Notes: generated by a model not told the origin, from the letters alone. A DNA stretch of 64,000 nucleotides from Patescibacteria group bacterium (GCA_040386275.1 JAZKFU010000009.1:22367-86366); one strand, 5' to 3'. Counted from the stretch's first letter, positions 8,484 through 17,414 are shown. Translations and numbers: made by a program.

Positions 8484-10184
8484 ATGGCTACAGAAAATAA
8501 ACCGTGGGACTGGGTAAATGATAATACACGCGCTTTTATGGCTCGTGGGTATTTGGTGGAAGGGCAGACAACCGAAGAACGCGTGCGGGCCATTGCAGAA
8601 TTTGCTGAAAGCATTCTCGGCCAAAAAGGCTTTGCGGAAAAATTTGAAAAATACATGAGTCTCGGGTGGATTTCACTTGCGACACCAGTGTGGGCCAACT
8701 TTGGACTTAAGCGGGGACTGCCGATTAGTTGCTTTGGTTCGTTTGTCGGAGATGATATGGCCAACATTTTGCATACGCAAAGTGAAGTAGGCATGATGAG
8801 TAAATACGGTGGTGGGTGTTCAGCGTACTTTGGCGCGTTGCGTCCTCGTGGAGCAGAGATTACCCAAAATGGCTACTCATCAGGGCCGGTGCATTTTATG
8901 CAGTTGTTTGAAAAGATTCTTGATGTCGTCAGTCAAGGAGCAACTCGTCGCGGCGTGTTTGCTGCGTACTTGCCGGTAGAACATCCAGATATTAATGAAT
9001 TCCTTGATATTGGTGCCGAAGGGAATCCAATTCAGAAAATCAATCACGCGGTTACGGTAACAGATGCCTGGATGCAAGCGATGATTGATGGCGATGAAGA
9101 GAAGCGAAAAGTGTGGGCTAAAATCATTCAACGTCGTGGTGAAATTGGGTATCCGTATATCATGTTTATTGATAACGCCAATAACGCTCGCCCACAGGTA
9201 TACAAAGACAAAGAACTACCAATTTACGCCAGTAACGTGTGTAGTGAAATCATGCTTCCGAGTAACAAAGAGTGGTCATTTGTGTGTTGTCTCTCATCAA
9301 TTAACCTCTTGCACTACGATGAGTGGAAAGACACTGACCTTGTTGAAACGATGACCTACTTCCTTGAAGCAGTCATGACAGACTTTGTGAATAAGCTCGA
9401 AGCGATGCGTGATTCCGAAGAAGAGGAAAAGCGTCTGGCGTTTAAATTTATGGAGCGACCATACAATTTTGCGAAAGCTAACCGAGCGCTCGGATTAGGG
9501 GTGCTTGGGTACCACTCGTTGTTACAAAGTAAGGGTCTGGCGTTTGAAAGTGATGAAGCCATAGCAATTAACAACGAAGTCTTTAAGTTAATGCAAGAAC
9601 GCTCATTTAAAGCGTCTGAAGCCATGGCCAAGGAATTTGGTGAACCAGAAGTACTCAAAGGCTACGGACGCCGTCACACGACGACTATGGCTATTGCGCC
9701 AACGACATCATCGGCCTTTATCTTGGGTCAGGTATCACAAGGTATCGAACCAATCTGGAGTAACTGCTACATCAAAGACGTAGCCAAGATGAAAGTCGTT
9801 ATCAAAAACCCGATGCTCATTACCTTGCTCGCTGAGAAGGGGAAGGACACTAAAGAAGTGTGGGACAGTATCCGCGACGCCGACGGATCAGTACAGCACC
9901 TAGATTTCTTAAGTGATGATGAAAAAGCGGTCTTCCGAACTTTCGCCGAAATTGATCAAAATAAAATCATTGAACAAGCTGCTGAACGACAAAAGTTTAT
10001 CGACCAAGGCCAGTCGCTCAACGTGATGGTAGCGCCCGATACACCAGTAAAAGACATCAACCGTCTCTACCTCCAAGCCTGGAAGCAAGGCTGTAAAGCG
10101 CTTTACTATCAACACAGTATGAATGCCGCGCAACAGCTTACTCGAAAGAAGATTGCGGAACGGAATGCTGTAAAAGGGGAGTAA
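8484..10184 (+). CDS. nrdA: ribonucleotide reductase alpha subunit, no ATP-cone
   Basis: ISCF, SQGATRRG, SNVCSEI (thiyl Cys), VCCLSS, APTTSS, LYY motifs. Confidence 0.94.
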   Translation: MATENKPWDWVNDNTRAFMARGYLVEGQTTEERVRAIAEFAESILGQKGFAEKFEKYMSLGWISLATPVWANFGLKRGLPISCFGSFVGDDMANILHTQSEVGMMSKYGGGCSAYFGALRPRGAEITQNGYSSGPVHFMQLFEKILDVVSQGATRRGVFAAYLPVEHPDINEFLDIGAEGNPIQKINHAVTVTDAWMQAMIDGDEEKRKVWAKIIQRRGEIGYPYIMFIDNANNARPQVYKDKELPIYASNVCSEIMLPSNKEWSFVCCLSSINLLHYDEWKDTDLVETMTYFLEAVMTDFVNKLEAMRDSEEEEKRLAFKFMERPYNFAKANRALGLGVLGYHSLLQSKGLAFESDEAIAINNEVFKLMQERSFKASEAMAKEFGEPEVLKGYGRRHTTTMAIAPTTSSAFILGQVSQGIEPIWSNCYIKDVAKMKVVIKNPMLITLLAEKGKDTKEVWDSIRDADGSVQHLDFLSDDEKAVFRTFAEIDQNKIIEQAAERQKFIDQGQSLNVMVAPDTPVKDINRLYLQAWKQGCKALYYQHSMNAAQQLTRKKIAERNAVKGE

Positions 10185-10201
10185 TTTTCCCAAAAAATGA
10201 T

Positions 10202-10233
10202 AAAAGAGTCCCGGTAACACCGGGCTCTTTTTT
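10202..10233 (+). terminator. intrinsic terminator after nrdA
   Basis: aaaagagtcccggt-aac-accgggctc-tttttt. Confidence 0.7.
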
Positions 10234-10442
10234 AAAAAAAGGTATTTTGACGAGTTACCCCCAAACCCCTGGTGATATGTGACTTTAGTCGCGGGGGTGG
10301 TCATGTATGATAGAGGTAAGAGAAAAAGCGGTCTTAAGCAGGGGCTACGTTTCGCGACGACATAGCCCCCGCTTAGTACCGCTTTTTTGTTACTCGGTAT
10401 TTTGTAATACCGAATTAGTGGCTAATTTGGTAGAATACCTGT

Positions 10443-11393
10443 ATGCGTATCCCGTTCTTACTTGTACTCCTCACTACAATTATATTTTGTGGTTGGTATT
10501 TTTATAGTATCGCTGGCCCGTGTGTCGTACCGCAGACCTATGCGCTTGGGGCTATTGATCCGCGATTTAAGTTATCAAGTTCTACCATAGAAACCCTTTT
10601 GTCTGAGGCGACAGATGTGTGGGAGGCAAAAATTGGTCGAGAATTGTTTACCTACGACCCCGATTCAAACTTTAAAATTGAGTTTATTTATGATGAGCGG
10701 CAAGCCACCAGTGATAACGCTGAAACCCAAAAAGAAGTGCTGTCAGAGAAAGAGGCTATGAGTAAAAAAATTAGTGAAGAGTACACCAAATTGGTTAGTG
10801 AGTATGATGCCTTAAAAAAAGAGTATGACGCCGATGTAAGTGGGTATCAAAACCGGCTGGCTTCGTTTAACGCCACGGTGGAAAAATATAACAACGAGGG
10901 TGGGGCTCCTGCCGACGAGTATGCCCAGTTACAAAAAACTGAAAAGGCACTTAAAGCCCAAGAGCGAACTCTTGAAACTACTGCCGCAACATTATCTGGT
11001 ATTGCCAAGAACATTAATCGCCTCAGTGAAGAGGGGAATGCGGTTATTTCAGAATACAACCAAGGAGTAAATCGTTTTAACCAAAACTACACCGGAGGGG
11101 AAGAATTTACCCAGGGGGATTATACTGGTACGGCAATTCATATCTACCACTTTAAAGATACTAACGAACTCAAGAACGTATTAATTCATGAATTTGGTCA
11201 TGCGCTTGGGCTCCCGCACGTTGAAGGAAGTGAGTCCATCATGTATTATTTGATGGATAAGCAACCAGCAACTTCGGAGCTCTCCCCAGAAGATTTGGCT
11301 GCTTTAGAAGGTATATGTTTACCTCCTGATAGCATCGTTCAACGATTGCATCGGCAATTTAGTTCTTTATTTATCAAAGCCAAATTAATATAA
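10443..11393 (+). CDS. matrixin (M10)-like zinc metalloprotease with coiled-coil insertion
   Basis: HEFGHALGLPH plus Met-turn SIM; N-terminal TM. Confidence 0.85.
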   Translation: MRIPFLLVLLTTIIFCGWYFYSIAGPCVVPQTYALGAIDPRFKLSSSTIETLLSEATDVWEAKIGRELFTYDPDSNFKIEFIYDERQATSDNAETQKEVLSEKEAMSKKISEEYTKLVSEYDALKKEYDADVSGYQNRLASFNATVEKYNNEGGAPADEYAQLQKTEKALKAQERTLETTAATLSGIAKNINRLSEEGNAVISEYNQGVNRFNQNYTGGEEFTQGDYTGTAIHIYHFKDTNELKNVLIHEFGHALGLPHVEGSESIMYYLMDKQPATSELSPEDLAALEGICLPPDSIVQRLHRQFSSLFIKAKLI

Positions 11394-11396
11394 TGT

Positions 11397-12182
11397 ATGA
11401 ATTCAATATTTAACTCAAAGTTAAATCAGCTGCTTATTACGTTGGTACTCGCTGGAGCAACAATCGCCTTAATTGCGTTTGCCTACAGTACCATCAAGCA
11501 GCAAAACCAATGGGGAGGGCCCATGACCATTAATGTGACCGGAAAAGGTGAAGTGATGGCAAAGCCAGATATAGCCCAGTTTTCGTTTTCCGTACGAGCA
11601 GACGGTGCTGACGCCACTGAAGCCCAAAAGAAATCAGCTGATGCTATTAATGCCGTCACCGCGTACCTAAAAGAAAACGCGATTGAAGACAAAGATATCA
11701 AAACTGAAGGCTACAACATGAACCCAAAGTATAAGTATGAGCAAAAGCCATGCCTCTACGGTTCAATTTGTCCTCCGGGTGAACAAATACCTGACGGGTT
11801 TGAAGTATTTCAAACGGTGACGGTAAAAGTTCGGGATATTCAAAAAGCTGGCACACTCTTAGGCGGCGTAGGGGATAAGGGAGCCACTGATATTTCCGGT
11901 CTTAATTTCACCATTGATGATGAGGATGCCCTTAAAGCTCAAGCGCGCGAAATGGCGATAGCCGACGCTCAAGCCAATGCGGAAAAGCTAGCCGGTAACC
12001 TCAATGTTCGGATCGTAAAAATGATGAGTTACTACGAAGATTCTCCAGCCATGCCAATGTACGGCTACGGTGGCACCATGATGGATGCACAAGCTAAAAA
12101 TGCACCAATGGCTGCCCCAGAAATTTCAGTGGGGGAGAATAAGACTGTAAGCAACGTCACCATCACCTACGAAGTTAAGTAA
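11397..12182 (+). CDS. SIMPL-domain (YggE-like) protein
   Basis: INVTGKGEVMAKPDIA, AREMAIADA..AE.LA, VTITYEV. Confidence 0.9.
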   Translation: MNSIFNSKLNQLLITLVLAGATIALIAFAYSTIKQQNQWGGPMTINVTGKGEVMAKPDIAQFSFSVRADGADATEAQKKSADAINAVTAYLKENAIEDKDIKTEGYNMNPKYKYEQKPCLYGSICPPGEQIPDGFEVFQTVTVKVRDIQKAGTLLGGVGDKGATDISGLNFTIDDEDALKAQAREMAIADAQANAEKLAGNLNVRIVKMMSYYEDSPAMPMYGYGGTMMDAQAKNAPMAAPEISVGENKTVSNVTITYEVK

Positions 12183-12184
12183 GC

Positions 12185-12264
12185 AAACGAGCGTAGCGAC
12201 TATTGCGAACTTAGTTCCGAATTTGCCCCTTCCCAGGGCAAATTCCTGGAACATGTTATCGTTG
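12185..12264. repeat. palindromic element family A, copy 1
   Basis: Near-identical to 44232-44323 and similar to 49211-49307. Confidence 0.8.
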
Positions 12265-12286
12265 AAATAAGGTCATTTTCCTTGTA

Positions 12287-12390
12287 CTTCTTACAGAAGC
12301 TGTCTACTCATTGGCTATTTTGCTTCGTAAGCTCACAAAATAACTCAATGAGTCTTGCGAAAGTGTTTAGACACTTTCTCACCTTGTATC
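12287..12390. repeat. palindromic element family C, copy 1
   Basis: CTTCTTACAGAAGCxGT-hairpin-GTCTTGC-AAGTG..CACTT-CTCACC shared with 14952-15020, 24932-24987, 58600-58692. Confidence 0.7.
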
Positions 12391-12510
12391 TACAGCAAAA
12401 TTAAACTTTTTTGACAAAAAACCACTTTAAAGAAAGCACCCAAGGCTTTGCCTGGGGTGTTTTCTTATGTTTTCTACTTTTCTCTATTCAATATTCCATT
12501 TTCTAAGGCT

Positions 12511-12539
12511 TTGACACTTGGGAAATGCAGGTGTATAGT
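12511..12539 (+). promoter_or_regulatory. sigma70-type promoter of secE-nusG
   Basis: TTGACA-N17-TATAGT. Confidence 0.7.
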
Positions 12540-12588
12540 TGACTGTAATCCGCCCCCGAGGCGTTTTTATTTTGGTTAATTATTTATC

Positions 12589-12777
12589 ATGCAACAATTC
12601 ACTCAATATCTCCGCGACACTGTAGCTGAGATGAAACAAGTAAAGTGGCCAACTCAAAATCAAGCGTTAATATATACCGCTTTGATTATTCTCGTGTGTA
12701 CCGTCATTGCGATTTTTGTCAGTATTTTCGACTTCATTTTTGCGTCAGGCATCGACTTTATTATTAATCGTTTCTAA
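12589..12777 (+). CDS. secE: preprotein translocase SecE
   Basis: EMKQVKWP motif plus one TM, upstream of nusG. Confidence 0.93.
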   Translation: MQQFTQYLRDTVAEMKQVKWPTQNQALIYTALIILVCTVIAIFVSIFDFIFASGIDFIINRF

Positions 12778-12783
12778 TACTCT

Positions 12784-13329
12784 ATGGCTAAACAACAATT
12801 CACCGGCGAACGACACTGGTACGCCATCCATACTTACTCTGGATACGAAAACGCCGTTGCGCGTAACCTGAAACAGCGTATTGAATCCCTCAACATGACG
12901 GAGAAAATTTTTAACGTGGTCGTGCCTTCAGAAAAGAAAATTCGCGTAAAAGGGGGAAAGCGAGTAACTGAAGAAGAGAACCTATTTCCGGGGTACGTGC
13001 TCGTTGAAATGGTAGTAGATGATGAGTCATGGTACGTTGTGCGAAACACACCGCGCGTAACGGGATTTGTGGGTAGTGGGACACAACCAGTACCGCTCTC
13101 AGAATCAGAATACAAAGCGCTCCTCAGTCAAATGAGTGATGACTCAGCTACACACAAGGTAGATCTTTCAGCGGGTGATCTCGTAATGATTACTGATGGT
13201 CCGTTTAAGGAGTTAGAAGGAAAGGTAAGTGACGTTGATGAAAAGACTGGAAAAGTGAAAGTATTAGTGGCGATGTTTGGGCGGGAGACTCCGGTCGAAC
13301 TCGACTTTCTCCAGATCAAAAAGGTATAA
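12784..13329 (+). CDS. nusG: transcription termination/antitermination factor NusG
   Basis: WYAIHTYSGYE, FPGYVLVEM, TPRVTGFVG, MFGRETPVELDF. Confidence 0.97.
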   Translation: MAKQQFTGERHWYAIHTYSGYENAVARNLKQRIESLNMTEKIFNVVVPSEKKIRVKGGKRVTEEENLFPGYVLVEMVVDDESWYVVRNTPRVTGFVGSGTQPVPLSESEYKALLSQMSDDSATHKVDLSAGDLVMITDGPFKELEGKVSDVDEKTGKVKVLVAMFGRETPVELDFLQIKKV

Positions 13330-13331
13330 AT

Positions 13332-13453
13332 CAAAACTCCTAAAATCGGCGATTCGCGTTGTCGTTACGAAATTTTGTTCAGTCACCGTACAGTAGTACG
13401 GCTCCTTCTCAAAATTCCTAGACTCCTAGCGACTCATCCAATTTAAGAAGTTT
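13332..13453. repeat. palindromic element family B, copy 1
   Basis: Core TCACCGTAC-N4-GTACGGCTC at 13383-13404. Confidence 0.7.
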
Positions 13454-13546
13454 TAGGAAGTTGACTGAAATTAAGAAAACACCCCAGGCTACGCTTGGGG
13501 TGTTTTCTTAAATGAATATGACCCGCTGGATCATATCCATGTCGGG

Positions 13547-13717
13547 TCATTTTTTCACATCTTCTGGCTTGGGGTCTTCATCACCCGGAAACTTGAAGTG
13601 ATTTAGGATATCCATGGCCATTTTGGTACCTGCTTTGTTACGGCGTTCTGGTTTTTCTCGCCGTGCTTCCTGGTCACGAGCCAGCATTTCACGAATTTCT
13701 CTTTCGGTTGCAGCCAT
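13547..13717 (-). CDS. 56-aa charged hypothetical protein (not in ORF track)
   Basis: GGAGG SD 5 nt before ATG; MAATEREIREMLARDQE...PEDVKK; stop inside a hairpin. Confidence 0.6.
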   Translation of the reverse strand: MAATEREIREMLARDQEARREKPERRNKAGTKMAMDILNHFKFPGDEDPKPEDVKK

Positions 13718-13790
13718 TTTTACCTCCGTTGCATCTAGCTAATACTATAGCAACAATTATTTTAGCCGCAATGCTATTGGATTACTAGTA

Positions 13791-13826
13791 TTGACATGTA
13801 GCTACAAAAATATATAATGTAGCTAT
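13791..13826 (+). promoter_or_regulatory. TA-operon promoter with operator palindromes
   Basis: TTGACA-N16-TATAAT overlapping TGTAGCTACA (13797-13806) and TGTAGCTAT (13818-13826). Confidence 0.75.
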
Positions 13827-13845
13827 TACCATTTCGGTAATTTAC

Positions 13846-14091
13846 ATGACTCAAAAACAGAAATTAGTAGAAACTTTTCGGACCAATCCAGGCTCATTAA
13901 AGTTTAAACAGCTGGCAGCTGTACTTGAACATTATGGTTTTACCATGATTCAGGCTAAGGGCAGTCATGTAAAATTTAAACATCCAAAATTGTCTTCTGA
14001 TTTAATAATCCCAATTCATAACGGTGACTGCAAGGATTTTTATAAAAAAGAAGCATTAAAACGAGTTTCTGAAATCGAAAAAAATAAATAA
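13846..14091 (+). CDS. hicA: HicA-family toxin
   Basis: L...GF....KGSHVKFKHP...IPIH motif. Confidence 0.85.
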   Translation: MTQKQKLVETFRTNPGSLKFKQLAAVLEHYGFTMIQAKGSHVKFKHPKLSSDLIIPIHNGDCKDFYKKEALKRVSEIEKNK

Positions 14092-14092
14092 T

Positions 14093-14407
14093 ATGGCTAC
14101 AACTTCAACTATCACCATTCAAAATAAAAAATATGAATATACTCTAAAACCTTCAAAGGAGAAGGGAGTTATTCGCTTTGTTTGCAAAGGAGCCAATATT
14201 GATCAAGACTTTCTTGCGGAAGATATTCCAACGTTAATTCTTGACTTGCCTAGACTCATTCTTGCTGAGCGAGCGTACCAGGACAATCAAACCGAAGTTG
14301 TTCGATTCCGTATCTCCTCAGAAGATAAGAAAAAAATTGAGAAAAAAGCGCTCGCTAGTGGTTTTGAGACCGTTTCTGATTATTTGCGTGCGCGAGCGCT
14401 AGCGTAG
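14093..14407 (+). CDS. putative antitoxin with C-terminal ribbon-helix-helix
   Basis: Starts 1 nt after hicA stop; VRFRIS.EDKKKIEKKA...G..TVSDYLR RHH pattern. Confidence 0.7.
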   Translation: MATTSTITIQNKKYEYTLKPSKEKGVIRFVCKGANIDQDFLAEDIPTLILDLPRLILAERAYQDNQTEVVRFRISSEDKKKIEKKALASGFETVSDYLRARALA

Positions 14408-14516
14408 GTTGCAAAAAGGCTGAATTCTTGTACAATACGCGAGCTTCAGGGATGGTGGTGGATATGGACATATATCACTTTCCCACACAACAAAAAGACT
14501 TTAATTAACAAACACT

Positions 14517-14939
14517 ATGGCTAAAAAACTCGTAAAGACAATCAAAGTACAGTCAAAAGGTGGTAAAGCTACACCAGCTCCACCGTTAGGACCGGTACTA
14601 GGACAAGCTGGTATTAATATCGGTGAATTCGTAAACCAATTTAACGAACAAACTCGTGACCGAATGGGGGAAGTAGTTCCAATCGTAATCTCTGTGTACG
14701 ATGACCGGACATTTACATTCGTAACTAAAACTTCACCAGCGTCACGACTTATCTTGAAAGCTATCGGAAAAGAAAAAGGTTCAAGTAAGAACAATCAATC
14801 AAAAGCGGGAAATATCACTAAAGCTCAAATCCGCGAAATCGCAGAAATCAAAGCCGTTGATATGACAGCCGCTTCAATTGAAACAGCGATGAAGAGTATT
14901 GAGGGAACTGCACGGTCAATGGGGGTTAATGTAATCTAA
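14517..14939 (+). CDS. rplK: 50S ribosomal protein L11
   Basis: ATPAPPLGPVLGQAGINI, GTARSMG. Confidence 0.97.
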   Translation: MAKKLVKTIKVQSKGGKATPAPPLGPVLGQAGINIGEFVNQFNEQTRDRMGEVVPIVISVYDDRTFTFVTKTSPASRLILKAIGKEKGSSKNNQSKAGNITKAQIREIAEIKAVDMTAASIETAMKSIEGTARSMGVNVI

Positions 14940-14951
14940 ATTACATTAACC

Positions 14952-15020
14952 GACACTTTGAGATACTTTTGATTTTATGAAAAAAGTATCCAAAGGGTGT
15001 ACAGCTTCTGTAAGAAGTGA
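14952..15020. repeat. palindromic element family C, reversed partial copy
   Basis: gtgtacagcttctgtaagaag is nearly identical to 58668-58688. Confidence 0.65.
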
Positions 15021-15103
15021 ATGTAATTAATTAACATTTTAATTAATTTCAAAAAAGCGCCACAGGGCGTTTTTTTGTTGTGTTGTTCAAATAGAGTGCT
15101 CAG

Positions 15104-15135
15104 TGTAAGAAACGTCTCTTTACTGCGTCAAAGGG
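15104..15135 (+). promoter_or_regulatory. shared upstream motif, copy 1 (ECF-like promoter candidate)
   Basis: TGTAAGAAA-N10-CTGCGTCAAAGGG, repeated at 15632-15663. Confidence 0.5.
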
Positions 15136-15183
15136 TTTAGAACCCTAGTATCGGGCAAATGTTCTATAACAAGAGGTGCAATC

Positions 15184-15549
15184 ATGAAGCCAGAAGTACG
15201 TCATACCACGTTCTTCAAGATGGGCGAATCCTTAGCAGTGTTTGCCCGCAAAGTAGTAGATGTTGATCAGGCAGAAGTGCTCGGTCACAAAGTGGTGCTC
15301 AAAGAAATACCGGTTGATGAGTCAGTGCAGGTGCAGGACATACAGCGACGGTTCTGGGCGGTAACTGAGTATCCGCCAGAATTGGTTAGTTGCCTCGGGC
15401 AGTTTACTCATGCGGTTCGTGGTACTTCAGACTATGAGGTTGGTCAGCCTAATGATGATGAGTCCCGCAAACTCTTTCGTTGGGCACAAGAAAAAGTAAA
15501 AGTTATCCTCTTTCCTGAACAAGAACAACCAGAAGCAACTCGGCTGTAA
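15184..15549 (+). CDS. hypothetical protein
   Basis: GAGG SD, own terminator. Confidence 0.7.
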   Translation: MKPEVRHTTFFKMGESLAVFARKVVDVDQAEVLGHKVVLKEIPVDESVQVQDIQRRFWAVTEYPPELVSCLGQFTHAVRGTSDYEVGQPNDDESRKLFRWAQEKVKVILFPEQEQPEATRL

Positions 15550-15631
15550 TGAGAATCCAGACTGGAGTTAGCCCCACTTTTTTGTGGGGTAATTTTTTTT
15601 ACTTAAGCAGAATCAGTAAAAAGTATCATTT

Positions 15632-15663
15632 TGTAAGAAAGAGGGAGTTGCTGCGTCAAAGGG
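15632..15663 (+). promoter_or_regulatory. shared upstream motif, copy 2
   Basis: TGTAAGAAA-N10-CTGCGTCAAAGGG. Confidence 0.5.
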
Positions 15664-15719
15664 AACAGACCGTACAAAATGTGCGTATCAAGCGCACAAA
15701 ATAGAGAAAGGGACAGAGA

Positions 15720-16187
15720 ATGATGGACGCAGTAGTAGACTATATCAACCGAACGTTACGGAAAGATAGTGTCGCAGTTATGATTCAAGCACACGATGGG
15801 TCCCAATACATCGTTGACAGGAATCATTTTGTGACCAGAGCGGGAAGAACCATTGCTCACAAAGGGCATGTGGAAACGATTGCCAAAGCAGCGATGCGGG
15901 TCATGCGGTACCTGGATAAAGAGGTAACTGAAAAAGATTTTGAGGTCTTTAAACCTCGCAACCTCGGCCCAAACCGAACCCACTTCGTTGTGTGGTTTCC
16001 TTCTTCTGACGTGTTTAAAGTTGATGATGTTGCCTGGAAGCAACATCTGTTTGCTGTTGAAGATGAGCATTTATTTACCCGCGCGCAACTGCGGGCGATA
16101 CACTTTGTTTCTAGTGAAGCTCGTAATCTTCATGAACAACGGCAACTTCCAGTCGCTGACTATCATCTCGTGATGAAAGCGGGCTAA
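15720..16187 (+). CDS. hypothetical protein, possible degenerate Nudix fold
   Basis: SVAVMI...AG....G..ET..KAAMR resembles a Nudix box lacking the catalytic Glu residues. Confidence 0.55.
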   Translation: MMDAVVDYINRTLRKDSVAVMIQAHDGSQYIVDRNHFVTRAGRTIAHKGHVETIAKAAMRVMRYLDKEVTEKDFEVFKPRNLGPNRTHFVVWFPSSDVFKVDDVAWKQHLFAVEDEHLFTRAQLRAIHFVSSEARNLHEQRQLPVADYHLVMKAG

Positions 16188-16311
16188 CAACAACACGGCA
16201 TCCGAATAACTTCGGGTGCTGCTTTTTTTATACAGTCATTTTTCCGGACATAGAGAATAGTGTGCTATAACGTACTAAGCGGAAGAAGTTCATCATGGAG
16301 AGGGGACAGAG

Positions 16312-16863
16312 ATGAAAGCTATGCTGGCACCTATGATTGGGAATCCCGACCGACCACTACCGCGGAGTATGTTCGTTCAAGGAATTCGTAACACCGTTAT
16401 GGTGGGCGTAGTCAGTCAAGACAATGGCTTTGCGGTTATCAAACCCATGCGAGACCCAACTGGTCGTGTTTGGATTCCACCGCAGGGTCCCATTGGTCAC
16501 AAACGTTCTTTGTTTGCTGCCGGCCGTCACGTACTGCGGGAAGAGATTCCTTCATTAAAGCGACCACACCGTCATGCCATTCCCATCATTGATTGGGACA
16601 GCGCTTTCTACGCAGGCTCGGCCATTAACGAGCATGCTCGTAGTGGTTACTGCAAAATGGTGCATGTAGTGTTGTTCCGGACGAATACGGCACGCTTGCC
16701 GACACTGCGTAGTAATGGCTCGGACGCCAGTGCCGCCCAGTGGGTGTTCTCAAATGAAATGTTGCACCATGTGCTTAAAAGTACCCATGACACCAATCCT
16801 GTAAAAGCCCACCTGGTCATGGAGGCAGCCTGGGCCGCAAAAGAAAAAGGATGGCTCCACTAA
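16312..16863 (+). CDS. degenerate Nudix-hydrolase-like protein
   Basis: WIPPQGPI...S..AAGRHVLREEI resembles RppH WQFPQGGI...RELxEE. Confidence 0.6.
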   Translation: MKAMLAPMIGNPDRPLPRSMFVQGIRNTVMVGVVSQDNGFAVIKPMRDPTGRVWIPPQGPIGHKRSLFAAGRHVLREEIPSLKRPHRHAIPIIDWDSAFYAGSAINEHARSGYCKMVHVVLFRTNTARLPTLRSNGSDASAAQWVFSNEMLHHVLKSTHDTNPVKAHLVMEAAWAAKEKGWLH

Positions 16864-16988
16864 ATGAATCAAACCTAACGCCGGTTGCATTAATAGCAAC
16901 CGGCACCCAACTAAGTCCCTCATCAGGGGACTTTTGTTATTTTTTAATACTTTGCTATAGTGCATCCGGACTGGAACAAGAGGGATAT

Positions 16989-17414
16989 ATGATGACAGAA
17001 GTAACCATGTACGTGGGACAGGCACTAACCGACGCACCTGATTCGTTTCGAGTGGATTTCCAAAACGAGCTCAAGGTAGCATTGCGAAAGTTGCCGGAGG
17101 TAACAGTTCTTGATTTTGTGGGGCTTGAAAATGGTACGGCGCAGGATGTCTATCTTCATGATAGAAAATGTACCACCAGCGCCACATTGTGTGTTTTTAT
17201 TGTTGATTACGCCTCCATTGGGTTGGGTATGGAGATTATGATTCGACATCACGCGGGTGGACCTGTGTTATTTTTTGCCAAGACTGGCCGAAAGGTAACG
17301 CGGATGCTCACGGGGTACATTGAGTGTATGGATCAAACATTGACCCGGTATAACGAGGTCGAGGATATCATCGTTGTGGTGAAAGAATATCTTCAGCACA
17401 CTGAAACTCATTGA
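16989..17414 (+). CDS. nucleoside 2'-deoxyribosyltransferase / DNPH1(Rcl)-like N-glycosidase
   Basis: N-terminal YV strand, VYxHD, SIGLGME motif, PVLFF, TRMLTG; likely start ATG 16989 after GAGGGA. Confidence 0.72.
   Translation: MMTEVTMYVGQALTDAPDSFRVDFQNELKVALRKLPEVTVLDFVGLENGTAQDVYLHDRKCTTSATLCVFIVDYASIGLGMEIMIRHHAGGPVLFFAKTGRKVTRMLTGYIECMDQTLTRYNEVEDIIVVVKEYLQHTETH

Noticed and set aside
15100-15180. c-di-GMP-I riboswitch
   Set aside because: GGCAAA is present but the GACGCAAAG element and paired stems are not in the right orientation
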